DNA from: Pristiophorus japonicus | Lineage: Eukaryota | Direction: 5' to 3' | DNA: 64,000 nucleotides | Assembly: GCF_044704955.1 (NCBI RefSeq) | Contig: NC_091999.1 | Location: forward strand, 23,684,001-23,748,000 | Part shown: positions 12,631 through 25,134 of the stretch, one piece after another | How the letters are laid out: the number at the start of each line of letters is the position of its first letter | How positions within the stretch are numbered: the stretch's first letter is position 1 | Program-made: the position numbers and the translations under genes | The notes under the pieces: model-generated | Told to the model about the DNA's origin: nothing | The model's database searches: none | What the model saw: only the letters and a program-made list of their open reading frames with translations

Positions 12631-12996
12631 GGTCCCTTTAAATCTGCTGCACGGCGTCTCTTCCAGCGGTGGGAGCTGGTGAGTGGTCCCTTTAAATCTG
12701 CTGCACTGTGTCTCTTCCAGCGGTGGGAGCTGGTGAGAGGTCCCTTTAAATCTGCTGCACGGTGTCTCTTCCAGCGGTGGGAGCTGGTGAGTGGTCCCTT
12801 TAAATCTGCTGCACGGTGTCTCTTCCAGCGGTGGGAGCTGGTGAGCGGTCCCTTTAAATCTGCTGCACGGTGTCTCTTCCAGCGGTGGGAGCTGGTGAGA
12901 GGTCCCTTTAAATCTGCTGCACTGTGTCTCTTCCAGCGGGGGGAGCTGGTGAGCGGTACCTTTAAATCTGCTGCACAGTGTCTCTTCCAGCGGTGG
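12631..12996. repeat. 54-bp minisatellite, ~6.7 copies (GGTCCCTTTAAATCTGCTGCACGGTGTCTCTTCCAGCGGTGGGAGCTGGTGAGT)
   Basis: Directly visible tandem repeat abutting the 3' UTR of ZNF paralogue 2. Confidence 0.97.
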
Positions 12997-13062
12997 AATG
13001 AACATGGTTCAGTCCTGGATGTGATTAACAGCAGCAATAACAGCTGAATCCAAACCCTGCAG

Positions 13063-14049
13063 TCACTTGTGAACTCGCTGGTGTCTCAGCAGGCTGAATG
13101 ATCGAGTGAATCCCTTCCCACACATGGAGCAAGTGAACGCCCTCTCCCCGGTATGATCTCGCTGGTGTCTCAGAAGGTGACAATTGTTGTGCATGTATAT
13201 ACCCTGTACACTCAATGTACAGTTACATAAGACCTATGAATGTATCTTTACACTGTATACAATCTGCCTGTACCACCAGAGGGTGCAACAGGTGGAGATC
13301 TAGAGGTCACCTGAACACCGCAGGTATAAAAGGGAGCCTTACTGTTACCTCATTCAGGAGCTGCAATAAAAGGACTAACGTCACAACAGTGCAAGTGCAA
13401 TACCTTACCTCGTGGAGCCATTACTAGAGTGCTGGTAATCACTACAGTAATTACTGTTGAATGTGTTTCCACACACGGAGCAGGTGAACGGCCACTCCCC
13501 AGTGTGAGTGCGCTGGTGTGTCCGCAGTTCCTTTTTGCTTTTAAAGCTCTTCTCACAGGCAGAACATTTAAAAGGTCTCACATTGGTGTGAACAAGTTGG
13601 TGTGTCAGTCGGTGGGTTGAGGAAATGAATCCTGACCCACACACGGAGCAGGTGAAGGTCTCTCTCCAGTGTGAACTCGCTGGTGTGTTAGCAGCTCACA
13701 TGACCGAGTGAATCTCTTCCCACACACGGAGCAGCTGAACAGCCTCCCTCCCCCCAGTGTGATTGTGTTGATGAGTTTCCAGCTCAGACGGGTAATTGAA
13801 TCCTTTCCCACAGTCCCCGCATTTTCACGGTTTCTCCCCAGTGTGACTGCGTTTGTGTTTGGCCAGGCCACAGGATCGGCTGAATCCTCGTCCACACACA
13901 ACACGTGTACGGTTTCTCCCCGCTGTCAACTCTGCTTTTTGCATCCATGTTATGTTTGATGATATTCAGCTCCCGATGAATAGACTGACCGACCTTGATG
14001 TGATGTTGGAGTTAAATTGTCCGTCTACAAATCCTCCCCTTCGAATAAC
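13063..14049 (-). pseudogene. C2H2 zinc-finger gene terminal exon, paralogue 2 (stops, frameshifts, LTR insertion)
   Basis: Minus-strand fingers ([54 protein letters not shown]) ending HQRVHK* at 13063; acceptor CAG|G near 14050; TGA in EKP*KCGDCGK. Confidence 0.88.
13185..13446 (+). mobile_element. Solo LTR (~262 bp, probably Gypsy-type)
   Basis: TGTTG...CTACA termini, TATAAAA 13325-13331, AATAAA 13365-13370; interrupts a zinc-finger unit; imperfect 5-bp flanks ACAAT/GTAAT. Confidence 0.75.
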
Positions 14050-14229
14050 CTGTACAATGAATATAAAACAGATAAAAGTGAGTGAGAGAGAACCCAGAAA
14101 AACACACAGGCTTGTTGTAAAATTGAGCTTAATAAATCGGGGAATTTGTGGGGCAGGCTCTAGAAAAAGAGTCACCATGAAAGCTGCCGGATTGTCACTA
14201 AAATCCCAACTGGCGCACTAATGTCCTTC

Positions 14230-14665
14230 AGCGATATGGGGATCGGGCGGGAGAGTCAAGTTCAGGTCGAAGATCAGCCATGGTCGTATTGACCGGCGGA
14301 GAAGGCTCGAAGGACCATATGGCTGACTCCTGCTCCTAATCCTTATGTTCTGATGGAAGGGAACCTGCCGCCCAACCTGTCCCACGGCTTTTACCACCCA
14401 GAAGGAAAAGGGCAGCAGGTGAATGGGAACACCATCATCTGCAAGTTCCCCTCCAAGTCACACACCATCCGGACTTGGACATATATCGCCGTTCCTTCAT
14501 CGTCACTGGGTCAAAATCCTGGAACTGGCTCCCTAACAGCACTGTGGGAGTACCTTCCCCACACGGACTGCAGCGGTTCAAGTAGGTGACTCCCCACCAC
14601 CTTCTCCAGTGTAATTAGGAATGGCCAATAAATGCCGGCCTTGGCAGGGACGGCCACAGCCCGGA
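14230..14665 (+). mobile_element. Short LINE 3' remnants (CR1 tail 14230-14350; L2/CR1-clade 3' end ~14390-14665)
   Basis: GATCAGCCATG...CTCCTGCTCCTAATCCTTATGTTC tail, then AAATCCTGGAAC..CTCCC..AATAAATGCCGGCCTT, typical of a LINE 3' end. Confidence 0.7.
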
Positions 14666-14780
14666 ACACATTTAAACATCTGTAAATGTTCAATGGATTA
14701 AAAGTCTCTCCAGAAATACTTGTTCCTCAAACACTTTCCCATTGTGTGGACAGGGTGTGTTTAACAATCTAATCTCCTCC

Positions 14781-15075
14781 AGACCCCACCTCCCCGGGGG
14801 CCCCGCACGAGCCCAGAGCCCACCTCCCCGGGGGCCCCGCACGAGCCCAGAGCCCACATCCCCGGGGGCCCCGCACGGGCCCAGAGCCCACCTCCCCGGG
14901 GGCCCCGCACAGGCCCAGAGCCCACCTCCCCGGGGGCCCCGCTCGCGCATAGAGCCCACCTCCCCGGGGGCCCCAAGCCCAGAGCCCACCTCCCCGGGGA
15001 CCCCGCACGGGCCCAGAGCCCACCTCCCGGGGGCCCCGCAGGGCCCAGAACCCACCTCCCCGGGGGCCCCGCTCG
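14781..15075. repeat. GC-rich 34-bp minisatellite, ~9 copies (GCCCAGAGCCCACCTCCCCGGGGGCCCCGCACGA)
   Basis: Directly visible tandem repeat at the edge of the CpG island. Confidence 0.95.
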
Positions 15076-15099
15076 GGGAAAGGCCGGAGCCGCAGGTTG

Positions 15100-15700
15100 T
15101 TGTTCGGGGCCTGAGGCCCACAGCGGGTGTGTGTGAAGCGGATAATGCGGAGTGTTGTCTCTCGGGCAGGCGGGGCCTGTGCCCGCACTCGGTGTGTGTG
15201 AAGCCCGCGCCCCCTGGGGTTTATTAACCCGCTCCCTCCCTCCGCCCATCTCTCAGCCGCTGCGTCAGACACAGCCGCCCTACCGCGCATGCTCAGCTCA
15301 CACTGCGCAGGTGATTGACGGCAGCTCCGGGCCAATAGGAAGAGCGGGGGCGGGGCCGGAGGACCGAGTGGGCAATGGGTCATCCAACGAATCAGACTGT
15401 GCTCGGGGCGGGGCTGGAGGACCGAGCGGGCGGAGGGTACTCCAACCAATCGGAGTGTGCGAGGGGCGGGGCTGAGCCCGGATCTCCCACACTGAGCATG
15501 TGCGGGCGGCGGTGGCGACAGTTGGTGGAGCCCGGATGATGTCGGTTGTCGGCGCGGGGCAGGAAGTGGAGCCGTGTGTGGAGCTGGTGAGCGTCATAAA
15601 TACCTGGTGTAGGGCCCAGGGCCAATCACAGCCCAGAGGCTGACCCCGGGCTTGACCCGCGGTGACAGGCCCGGGGTCAGCGGGGTCACCGGCCGCCAGC
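15100..15700. promoter_or_regulatory. CpG-island, probably bidirectional promoter of the head-to-head ZNF genes
   Basis: High CpG density; NRF1-like GCGCATGCTC 15285-15294; CCAAT at 15332, 15446, 15622; GGGGCGGGG boxes near 15347, 15405, 15463; ETS-type GGAAGT 15562; candidate donor TG|GTGAG at 15587; ZNF exons diverge on both sides. Confidence 0.75.
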
Positions 15701-16164
15701 TGGGATTTGGGAAAGAGGAAAAATGTGAGACATTCTAAAGCAAATGGTGCAATTTGCGGGTGAACACAAAGCTGTGAGGGGGCAGGGTCCGCTGATCAAT
15801 CTGTTGCAGCATTAATAGCAGTATAGAGAACAACAAGCAAGTTCTGGTCAACCTTTATCACTCACTAGTTACACTCAGATATTGAGGGTTGGCCTCAATT
15901 CTGGGACATCAATAATAACTTTCAAAACCAGCAATGGTCAAAGGGAACATTTTCTGGTGTTTTGGGGCAGGTGCAGGGAGTTGGTCTTTCAGTGAGTTGG
16001 ACAGGCTCGATGGGCCGAATGGTCTCATTCTGTGCTGTGTGATTCCCTGAAATGGTGAGAGTCAGGGAGCGAGTGGTCAGGGAGAGCCCATCACCAAAAC
16101 AGGGAGATATTACAGATATATATTGAGGGTCAGAGTGTATAAAGAGGTGACGAGAGCACAGACA

Positions 16165-16297
16165 CCCAGAGTCAGTACCTTCAGGGGAGGGGAACCAGTG
16201 AGTGCAGAACTGAACCCAGCCAGAGTCAGTGCTTTCAGGGGAGGGGAACCAGTGAGGGTGGAACTGAACAAAGCCAGAGTCAGTACTTTCAGGGAGG
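16165..16297 (+). repeat. ~2.5 copies of the 5678-6165 54-bp unit in the opposite orientation
   Basis: CAGAGTCAGTACCTTCAGGGGAGGGGAACCAGTGAGTGCAGAACTGAACCCAGC is the reverse complement of the 5.7-kb repeat; it lies upstream of the plus-strand ZNF exon. Confidence 0.9.
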
Positions 16298-16754
16298 AGG
16301 TACAGAGGTTTCGTGAGAGTGTTCCAGAGCTTGGGGCCTCGGCAACAGAAGACAAAGCCACCAATAGTTGAGCGATTATAATCAGGGATGCTCAGCAGTG
16401 AGTCACATTCTGCACTGGGGGAGTCGGGTGGTGGATTCAGGCTTTAAAATTCTCAAGCTCTTGTTCAAATCCCTCCAAGGCCTCGCCCCTCCCTATCTCT
16501 GTAACCTCCTCCAGCCCGCCAATCCTCTTAATAAGGAGAAACAATTTTCAGTGTCATAAAGTTCAGTAACCAGAGGCACAGATTGAATGTGATTGGTAAA
16601 TGAACCAGATGCTACATGAGGGGACTAATGAAGCAGCGAGATGTTCTGGCCTGGAACGCACTGCTTGTTCGGGTGGTGGAAGCAGATTCACTTGTAACTT
16701 TCGAAAGAGATAAACATGAGTTGAAAAAATTTTCAGCGTTATGGGGCAAGAGTA

Positions 16755-18455
16755 GGACAGGAGTCCCCTGAGTGCATCTCACTCGCTAACCGGTTTCCAG
16801 TTCTGGATACTGATGAGGGCGATGATTTCTCTGGGGAGTACAGCCAGAAACATGTCCACGACACCGTGCGTGGCTCAGCTGCACAGGGCGGGGAGGAAGA
16901 AGAGTGGAAGAGCATTAGTGCTGGTGCATTTGATAGTTAGGGGAACAAAAAAGCGCTTCTGCAGGCACAGACATGATTCCAGGATGGTATGTTGCCTCCC
17001 TGGTGCCAGGGTCAAGGATGTCACTGAGCAGCTGCAGGACATTGTTGAGGGGGGAGGATGAACATCCAGAGGTTGTGGTCCATATCGGGACCAATGACAT
17101 CGGTAGAAAGAGGGATGAGATCCTGCAGGCAGATTTTAGGGAGCTAGGAAAGAGATTAAAAAACAGGACCTCAAAGGTAGTAATGTCCGGATTACTCCCG
17201 ATGCCACGTGCTGGTGAGTACAGAAATAAGAGGATGGAGCAGATGAATGCATGGCTGGAGTTTGCTGCAGGAGGGAGGGCTTTAGATTCCTGAGGCATTG
17301 AGAGCGTTTCTGGGGGAGGTGGGACCAGTACAAGCCGGACAGGTTGCACCTCAACAGGACCGGACAATATCCTCACTTGGGCTTTTGCTAATGTTTGGAA
17401 GGCAGAGGAAACAAAGGCTAGAAAATAGACAATAAGGGAGTTTGGCAGGGCTAAATGCCAGTGCCAGTGTGTTTCAATGAGATCACCTCTCATTCATCTA
17501 AACTCCGGAGAGTATCGGCCCATTCTACACAAACTCTCATCATAAGACAGTCCTCTCATCACAGGAATCAATCTAGAAATACTTCAATGCCAGTGCAAGG
17601 AGTCTGGGGATTGAGGCAGATAAGCTGAGGGCACAGACAGACATATGGGGGTATGATATTGTAACTATTCGTGAAACACGGCTAAAAGAACTGCAGGAAT
17701 TGCAGCTCAACATTCCTGGTCACATGGTTTTAAGACAAGATAGAGACGGGATAAAAAAAAAGGCGGGCACATCGCAGTGTTGATTAAAGAAACAATTCCA
17801 GCTGTGGGGAGGGATGATATGTTTGAAGGATCATCAAATGAGGCCACATGGGAGAAGTGAAGCACAAAAAAGGGGCGATCACACTGCTGGGGATGTACTA
17901 TAGACCCCCAAACAGTCAGAGGGAGACAAAAGAGCAAATATGTCGGCACATTTCTGATACGTGCAAAAATAATAGGGCAGTAATAGTCGGGGATTTCAAC
18001 TACCCAAATATTAACTGTGATAGAATTAGTATGAATGATATAGAAGGAGCAGAATTCATAAAATGCATTGAGGAGAACATTTTTAGCCATTACGTAGCAA
18101 GCCCAACAAGAGAGGGGGTGGTTTTGGACTTGGGTTTAATGAATGAAGCTTGGGCAGGTGGAAGGGGTGTCAGTGGGAGAGCATTTTGGTGCTGGTGATC
18201 ACAATTCAGTTAGATTCAGGGTCGTTATGGAAAAGGACAAAGATGGACCAGAAATAAAAGTTCTCAATTGGCATAAAGCTAATTTTACTAAGCAGAGATG
18301 TGATTTAACCAAAGTGGACTGGAAACAGCTACTTGAAGGTAAATTAGTGTCAGAGCAGTAGGAGGCATTCAAGGAGGAGATAGCGAGGATTCAGAGCTAG
18401 TATGTTCCCTTAAGATAAAGGGTGGGACTAATAAATCTAGAGCCCCTTACATGTC
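16755..18455 (+). mobile_element. Degraded CR1 ORF1 esterase and endonuclease fragment
   Basis: CLPGARVKDV, VVVHIGTNDIG, YYRPPNS, GDFNYPNI, GDHNSVRF. Confidence 0.88.
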
Positions 18456-18459
18456 AATA

Positions 18460-19825
18460 TTAGAATATCAGAGATAGGAGCAGGAGCAGGTCACACGGCC
18501 TCTCGAGCCTGCTCCGATATTCAATAAGATCATTGCCCTCAACTCCACTTTCCCACCTGATCTCCATATCCCTTGATTCCTCGAGAGTCCAAAAATCTAT
18601 CTATCTCAGCCTTGAATAGACTGAGCATCCACAGCCCTCCAAAGAATTCCATAGATTCACAAACCTCTGAGTGAAGACATTTCTCATCTCTGTCTTAAAT
18701 GGCCTCCCCCTTATCTTGAGCCCCCGAGTTCTAGTCACTCCAGGCCGGGGGAATCGAGCTCTCAGCATCTACCCTGTTAATACCCTTCAGAATCCTGTAT
18801 GTTTCAATGGGATCCCCTCTCATTCTTCTAAACTCCAGAGAGTATAGGTCCATTCTACACAATGTCTCATCGTAAGACAGCTCTCTCATCCCAGGAATCA
18901 ATCTTGTGAACCTCCATTGCACCGTCTTCAAGGCAAGTGTATCTTTCCTTAGATAAGGAGACCGAAACTGCCCAGTACTCCAGGTGTGGTCTCACCAAGG
19001 CCGTGTACAATTGTAGCAATAGATCCTTACTCTTATACTCCACCCCCTTACTGCTTGCTGTACCTGCATGCTCGCTTTCTGTGTTTCTTGCACAAGGACA
19101 CCCAAATCTCTCTCAACACCAAGATTTAAAGTTTCTCACCATTTAAAAGATATTCTGTTTTTCTATTCTTCCTGCCAAGGTGAATAACCGCACATTTCCC
19201 GACATTATGCTCAATCTGCCACCTTACTGCCCATTCACATCGTCTGTCTATATATCTTTGCACTCTTGTGTTCTATTCACAGCTTACTGTCTCACCGAGC
19301 TTTGTATCGTCAGAAAATATTACACTCGGTCCCTTTATCTAGGTCATTAATATAGATTGTAAATAGCTGAGGACCCAGCACTGAACCTTGCTTCACGGTA
19401 GAAGACACTAAAAACCTCTCCTTTTTTAAATAGGGGCGTTACATTTGCGGTTTTCCAATCTGGTGGGACTGCCCCAGAATCCAGGGAATTTTGGGAGATT
19501 AAAACCAATGCATCCACTATCTCTGCAGCCATTTCTCTTAAGACCCTGGGATGTAAGGCATCAGGTCCAGGGGACTTGTCCGCCTTTAGTCCCATTATTT
19601 TACCTAGTACCACTTCATTACTGACAGTGATTGTATTAAGTTCCTCCCTACCTATAGCCCCTTGATTATCCACTTTTGGGATGTTTTTAGTGTCTTCTAC
19701 CGTGAAAACCGATACAAAATATTTGTTCAACGTCTCTGCCATTTCCCTGTTCTCCATTATTAATTCCCCAGTCTCATCCTCCAGGGGACCAACATTTACT
19801 TTAGCCACTCTTTTCCTTTTTAACA
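18460..19825 (-). mobile_element. CR1 LINE fragments (3' end and internal ORF2 piece)
   Basis: ORFs 18731-18931 (RRMRGDPIETY) and 19347-19826 (KSPGPDALHPRVL, WKTANVTPLFKKG). Confidence 0.88.
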
Positions 19826-20351
19826 CTCTTTAAAATGTGCCTCTTTGACCCCCGGTGTCAAATTCTATCTGATAATGCTCCTGTGAAGCACCAGGGGCCA
19901 TTTTACAGAGTTATTTCAAGGCTCAGATAGATACATTTTTGGTGTTTGGGGAATCGAGGGATATGGAGATCGGGCGGGAAAGTGGAGTTGAGGTTGATGA
20001 TCAGTCATGATGTTATTGAATGGTGGAGCAGGCTCGAGGGGCCGTATGGCCTACTCCTGCTCATAACTCTTATGTTCTTAAAGGTGCTATATAAATGAAA
20101 GTTGTTGTTGTTTATAAAGGAAGGATAAATGGTGGTGGGTCAGGGAGTGCATTTGATCAGAACTGGTAGATATGGCAGATGGACAGCTTATAGGGAGCGA
20201 TAGAGTGAGCGAAAGGTGAGAGAGAGAGAGAGATCATGTACACAACAAATGAACTGTAAAGTTGGGTGGGGAAGAGGAGGTGGGGAAGTGACAGCAGTCA
20301 AAAGGAGGCACAATAGGAGAAGGGAGAGTAATAAAAGACATATAGAAAATA

Positions 20352-20785
20352 AAAACACTTGCATTTATTTCGCACCTTTCACCACCACCAGATGCTCCAA
20401 AGCCCTTTACAGTCAATTACGTTATTTTTGAAGCGTAGTCACTATCGTAATGTAGGAAACGCAGCAACCAATTTACAATGTGATAATGACCAGATAATCT
20501 GCTTCACTGATGCTAAGGGAAAATATTGGCCAGGACATCGGGGATAACTCCCCTGTTCTGCTTGAAATATTGCAATGGGACCTTTTACGTCCACCAGAGG
20601 GAGCAGACGGGGCCTCGGTTCAACATCTTATCCAAAGGACAGCACCTCCGACAGTACAGCAGTTCCTCAGCACTGCACTGGAGCATCAGCCGAGATTTTT
20701 GTGTTCATGTCTCTGGAGTGCGACATCAACCCACAACCTTGTGACCCAGAGGCAAGTGTGTTACCCACTGAGTCACAGCTGACAC
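20352..20785 (-). mobile_element. tRNA-headed Deu-domain SINE (SacSINE1/AmnSINE-like)
   Basis: Reverse strand: tRNA-like head, core GTCGGAGGTGCTGTCC..AACCGAGGCCCCGTCTGC..GGTGGACGTAAAAG, tail ATAAATGCAAGT. Confidence 0.8.
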
Positions 20786-20919
20786 AAATACTGACATAGT
20801 TAGAGCAGGTTAGCTCAGTTGGAGATGTGAGATGATGCATTTATCAATGCTTAGATATTTTGTCTATTCCTCAAAATCAGTAAATTTTGGAATGTTCAGG
20901 TCAAGGTTCACAGATTAAC

Positions 20920-22810
20920 AATAAGAAATAGGAGCAGGAGTAGGCCATTGTATCCCTCGAGCCTGCTCTGCCATTCAATAAAATCATGGTTGATGTGATC
21001 TTGACCTCAACTCCACTTTCCTGCTTGCTCCCCATAACTCTTGACTCCCCTATTATGCAAAAATCTGGCTATCTCCGCTTTAAATATATTGACTGACTCA
21101 GCCTCCACAGCTCTCTGGGCTAGAGAATTCCAAAGATTCACGACCCTCAGAGAAGAAATTCCTCCGCATCTCAGTTTTAAATGGGCGACACCTTATTCTA
21201 AAACTATGCACCCTAGTTCTCGATTCCCCCACGAGGTGAAACATCCTCTCTGCATCTACCCTGTCAAGCCCCCTCAGAATCTTACACGTTTCAATAAGTT
21301 CACCTCTCATTCTTCGAAACTGCAATGAGTACAAGCCCAACATGCTCAATCTTACTTCATAAGACAACCCCTTCATCTCAGGAATCAACCTCGTGAGCTT
21401 CTCTGAACTGCCTCCAATGCAAGTATATCCTCCTTAAATAAGGAGACCAAAACTGTACGCAGTACTCCAGGTGTGGTCTCACGAACACCCTGTACAGTTG
21501 TAGCAAGACTTCTCTACTTTTATACTCCATTCCTCTTCAATAAAGGCCAACATTCCATTTGCCTTCCTGATTACTTGCTGTACCTGCATGCTAACTTTTT
21601 GTGTTTCATGCACAAGGACCCCCAGATCCCCTCTGTCCCGCAGCATTTTGTAGTCGCCATTTAAATAATAATTTGCTTTTTTATTCTTCCAACCAAAGTG
21701 CATAACCTCACATTTTCCCTCATTATACTCCATCTGCCAAATTTTTGCCCACTCACTGAGCCTGTCCATAATCCTTTGCTGAATCTTTGTGTCCTCCTCA
21801 CAACTTGCTTTCCCACCTATCTTTGTATCAGCAGCATATTTGGCTGCAGTGCACTCCGTCCCTTCATCCAAGTCATTAATATAGGTTGTAATTAGTTGAG
21901 GCCCCAGCACTGATCCCTGTGGCACCCCACTAGTTACAGTTTGCCAACCTGAAAATGACCCATTTTTGCGACTCTCTTTTCTGTTAGTTAGCCAATCCAA
22001 AATTTATGCTAATATATTACCCCCAACCCCGTGAGCTCTTATATTGTGCAGTAACCTTTTATCTGGCACCTTATCGAATGCCTTCTGGAAATGCAAATAC
22101 ACCACTGCTACTGGTTCCTCTTCATCCACCGTGCTCGTTACATCCTCAAAGAACTCGAGCAAGTTTGTCAAACGTGATTTCCCTTTCATAAAACCATGCC
22201 GTCTCTGCTTGACTATTATGGTTTTCTAAATGTCCTGCTCCTATTTCCTTCATAATGGACTCCAGCATTTTCCCAATGATAGATGTTAGGCTAACTGCTC
22301 TATAGTTTCCTGCTTTATGTTTCCCTCCCTCCCTTGTTGAATTGGGGTGTTGCATTTGAGGTTTTCCAATCCACTGGGACCTTGCCAGAATCCAGGGAAT
22401 TTTGGTCGATTACAACCAATCCATCCACTTTCTCTGCAGCCACTTCTTTTAAGACCCCAGGATGCAGGCCATCAAGTCCAGGGGACGTCCAACTTTAGTC
22501 ACAATAGTTTGTCTGGTACTTTTTCTCTTGTGATAGTGATTGTTTTAAGTTCCTCGCTCCCTGTGACTCCTTGATTATCTATTATTATTGGGATGCTTTT
22601 AGTGTCTTCCACCGTGAAGACCATACAAAATATTTGTTTAAAGTCTCCGTCATTTCCCTGTTTCTCATTATTAATTCCCCGTCTCATCCTCCAAGGGACT
22701 AAAGTTTATTTTACCTATCTCTTCCTTTTTATATATCTGTAGAAGCTTTGACTGTATTTATATTTCTTGCCAGTTTACTCTCAATCTACCTTCTCCCTCT
22801 TTATTATTTT
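20920..22810 (-). mobile_element. 5'-truncated CR1 LINE
   Basis: GVPQGSVLGP, YAADTK, KAFDKVP, RRMRGELIET motifs; 3' tail at ~20920. Confidence 0.92.
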
Positions 22811-22923
22811 TATTAAGACAATACTTAAAACCACACGGCAGAAGGAAAGAATGTTCCATAGAAACTAGAATTGTCTCTTCTGAATTTCGATTCTGTACTT
22901 ACTTTTGTAAACTCCTTTTGCAG

Positions 22924-23873
22924 GGTGTTAGAAGGGGAGGATTTGAAGGAGGGAAACTCAAACTAAACGTCACGTCAAGATCAGATAGAGTCACTCGATT
23001 CATCAGGACTTGAATATCATCAGCCTTTAAATGTGGAAGTAGAAATGTTTTTTTGTTTTGTCTGTGGGTAAAGATTACAAACATCAATGTGACTAAAAAA
23101 GCAGAGACCCACACACCCGAGTGAGAGTGTATCAGTGCACTGATTGTGGAAAGAGCTTTAACCAGCTACACAACCTGAAAAACCATCGCATCATTCACAG
23201 CGCGGAGAAACTGTAAACGTGTTGTGTGTGGGCGAGGCTTCAACTGATCGTCCAACCTGGAGAGACGGAAGCACACCCGCACCACGGAGAAACCGTGGAA
23301 ATGTGAGGATAGTGGGAAGGGATTCAGCTACCCGTCTGCATGCAAATTCATCAACACAGTCACACTGGGGAGAGGCCGTTCACGTGCCCAATGTGGGGGA
23401 AGCCATTCACTCAGTCATCCAGCCTGGTGAAACACCAGCTTGTTCACACTGGGGAGAGGCCTTTCACCTGCTTTGAATGTGGGAAGGGATTCACTCAGTC
23501 ATCCATCCTGCTGATACACTAGCGAGTTCACATTGGGGAGAGGCCATTCACCTGCTCTGAGTGTGGGAAGGGATTCAGTGTGTCATCCCACCTGCTGACA
23601 AACCAGCGGGTTCACACTGGCGAGATGTCGTTCACCTGCTCAGAGTGTGGGAAGCGATTCACTCAGTCATCCAGCCTGGTGATGCACCAGCGAGTTCACA
23701 CCGGGGAGAGGCCATTCACCTGTTCAGAGTGTGGGAAGCGATTTACTCATTCATCCAGCCTGATGATACACCAGCGAGTTCACACTGGGGAGAGGCCGTT
23801 CACCTGCTCGGAGTGTGGGAAGCGATTCACTGTGTCATCCCACCTGCTGAGACACCTGCAAGTTCACAAGTGA
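22924..23873 (+). pseudogene. C2H2 zinc-finger gene terminal exon, paralogue 3 (~7 fingers after the EKPWKC motif; probably disabled)
   Basis: Acceptor TTTTGCAG|G at 22923; [14 protein letters not shown] repeats ending VHK* at 23871; ACG at 23284 where paralogue 1 has ATG, TAG at 23520, frameshift near 23340. Confidence 0.9.
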
Positions 23874-25134
23874 CTGCAGGGGTTGGATTCTGCTATCATT
23901 GAAGCTGTTAATCACATCCCGACTGAATCGTGTCCATTACGACAGTTGAAGTTAGTTTCTGATGATAATAACCCTATAATTGGGCTGGAATATAATATTT
24001 TGATGTTTCAGTAACAGAGTGTGTCGATATTTAATGTTCCAAGATAAGAGAAGACTAATTGATGTCCTGTGACTGACTGCACCTTTTGGCGCCTTTTCTC
24101 CTTTCTAACTCTGGATTATTTCAGTTCTCATACCTTCGGTTACTCTCGTGGACAAATGCCAGTTCCCCTTCCCTTCCAGAGTGCCACTCCTAGCCTTGGC
24201 ATTGAGGAAAGGTGTCGGTAACATGCCTGGGATCACTGAACACAAAACCCAGTCTGTGAATCACTTTCAGATACTGGACTTAGTGTCTGTCCAACAGCAT
24301 CTCTCTCACCTTCGATGTGTGAATGGAGCATCACGCCTGCAAACCTGGGTTTAATTTAAATTTGAATCCACTCAGGAAATGTATTTAAGAGAATACAGAT
24401 CACATCAAATAATTGCCAACGGTTTCGAGTCAACAAGATGAACAAGTAAATACATCCGGGCCCAATATTCCAGCTCCAGATTCACAGGAGAAAGTCTGTT
24501 ATCAAACTCCTCGAGTAGACAGAATAGAGAACGATGCTGACTCTAAGAATATCTACCATCTGTTGTAAATATCTTTCAAATCCTGACTGATACAACCTGG
24601 CATTTTCCTTTCAGTTGAAGTGAATGGAAGATGAGAGGGGACTTGGCATAGGGAACTTGGTTAATTCAGCTTCTGAAAGGTGTTCATGTTTAGTTCATTC
24701 CATATCGGGGAAAATGTGGTTGTTATCATTAGAGAGAGATTTCACTGAGCAACAGTTGGTGTTTGCACCCAACTGGCTGTGGATATTTTCATCATAGAAT
24801 GTTTAGATTAGAAATATTATGCGCGAATAAGAAGAGTTCAAAGACTAGTGGTTTGTGCTAATCACAGGAAGACTAGTGCTTCCAACATTGTTGATGTATG
24901 TTGAAGAAAATGCAGACTTGTGTCTCTGGACTATGCCGTAGCAAAAGACGACAATATTAGGCAATGCCAGTTCCAGTTGGATAAGAGGTTGATGGCATAG
25001 CAAAAGATCCAGCAGTTAAAACAAAATTATCTCCAGTTATCTGCAGACATCGAATTACGCAGCATGGTCACAAAGTTGGACTCAAGAATTTAAAGTATTG
25101 AGTTAAATTATTGGGATTGATTGTTATTGAATTG

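Noticed and set aside
12603-13047. Three overlapping periodic ORFs; CRISPR-like appearance
   Set aside because: Pure tandem repeat with no unique spacers, no cas genes, and vertebrate context.
14690-15625. Gly/Pro-rich collagen-like ORFs
   Set aside because: They arise from the GC-rich 34-bp repeat and CpG island; no sustained Gly-X-Y frame.
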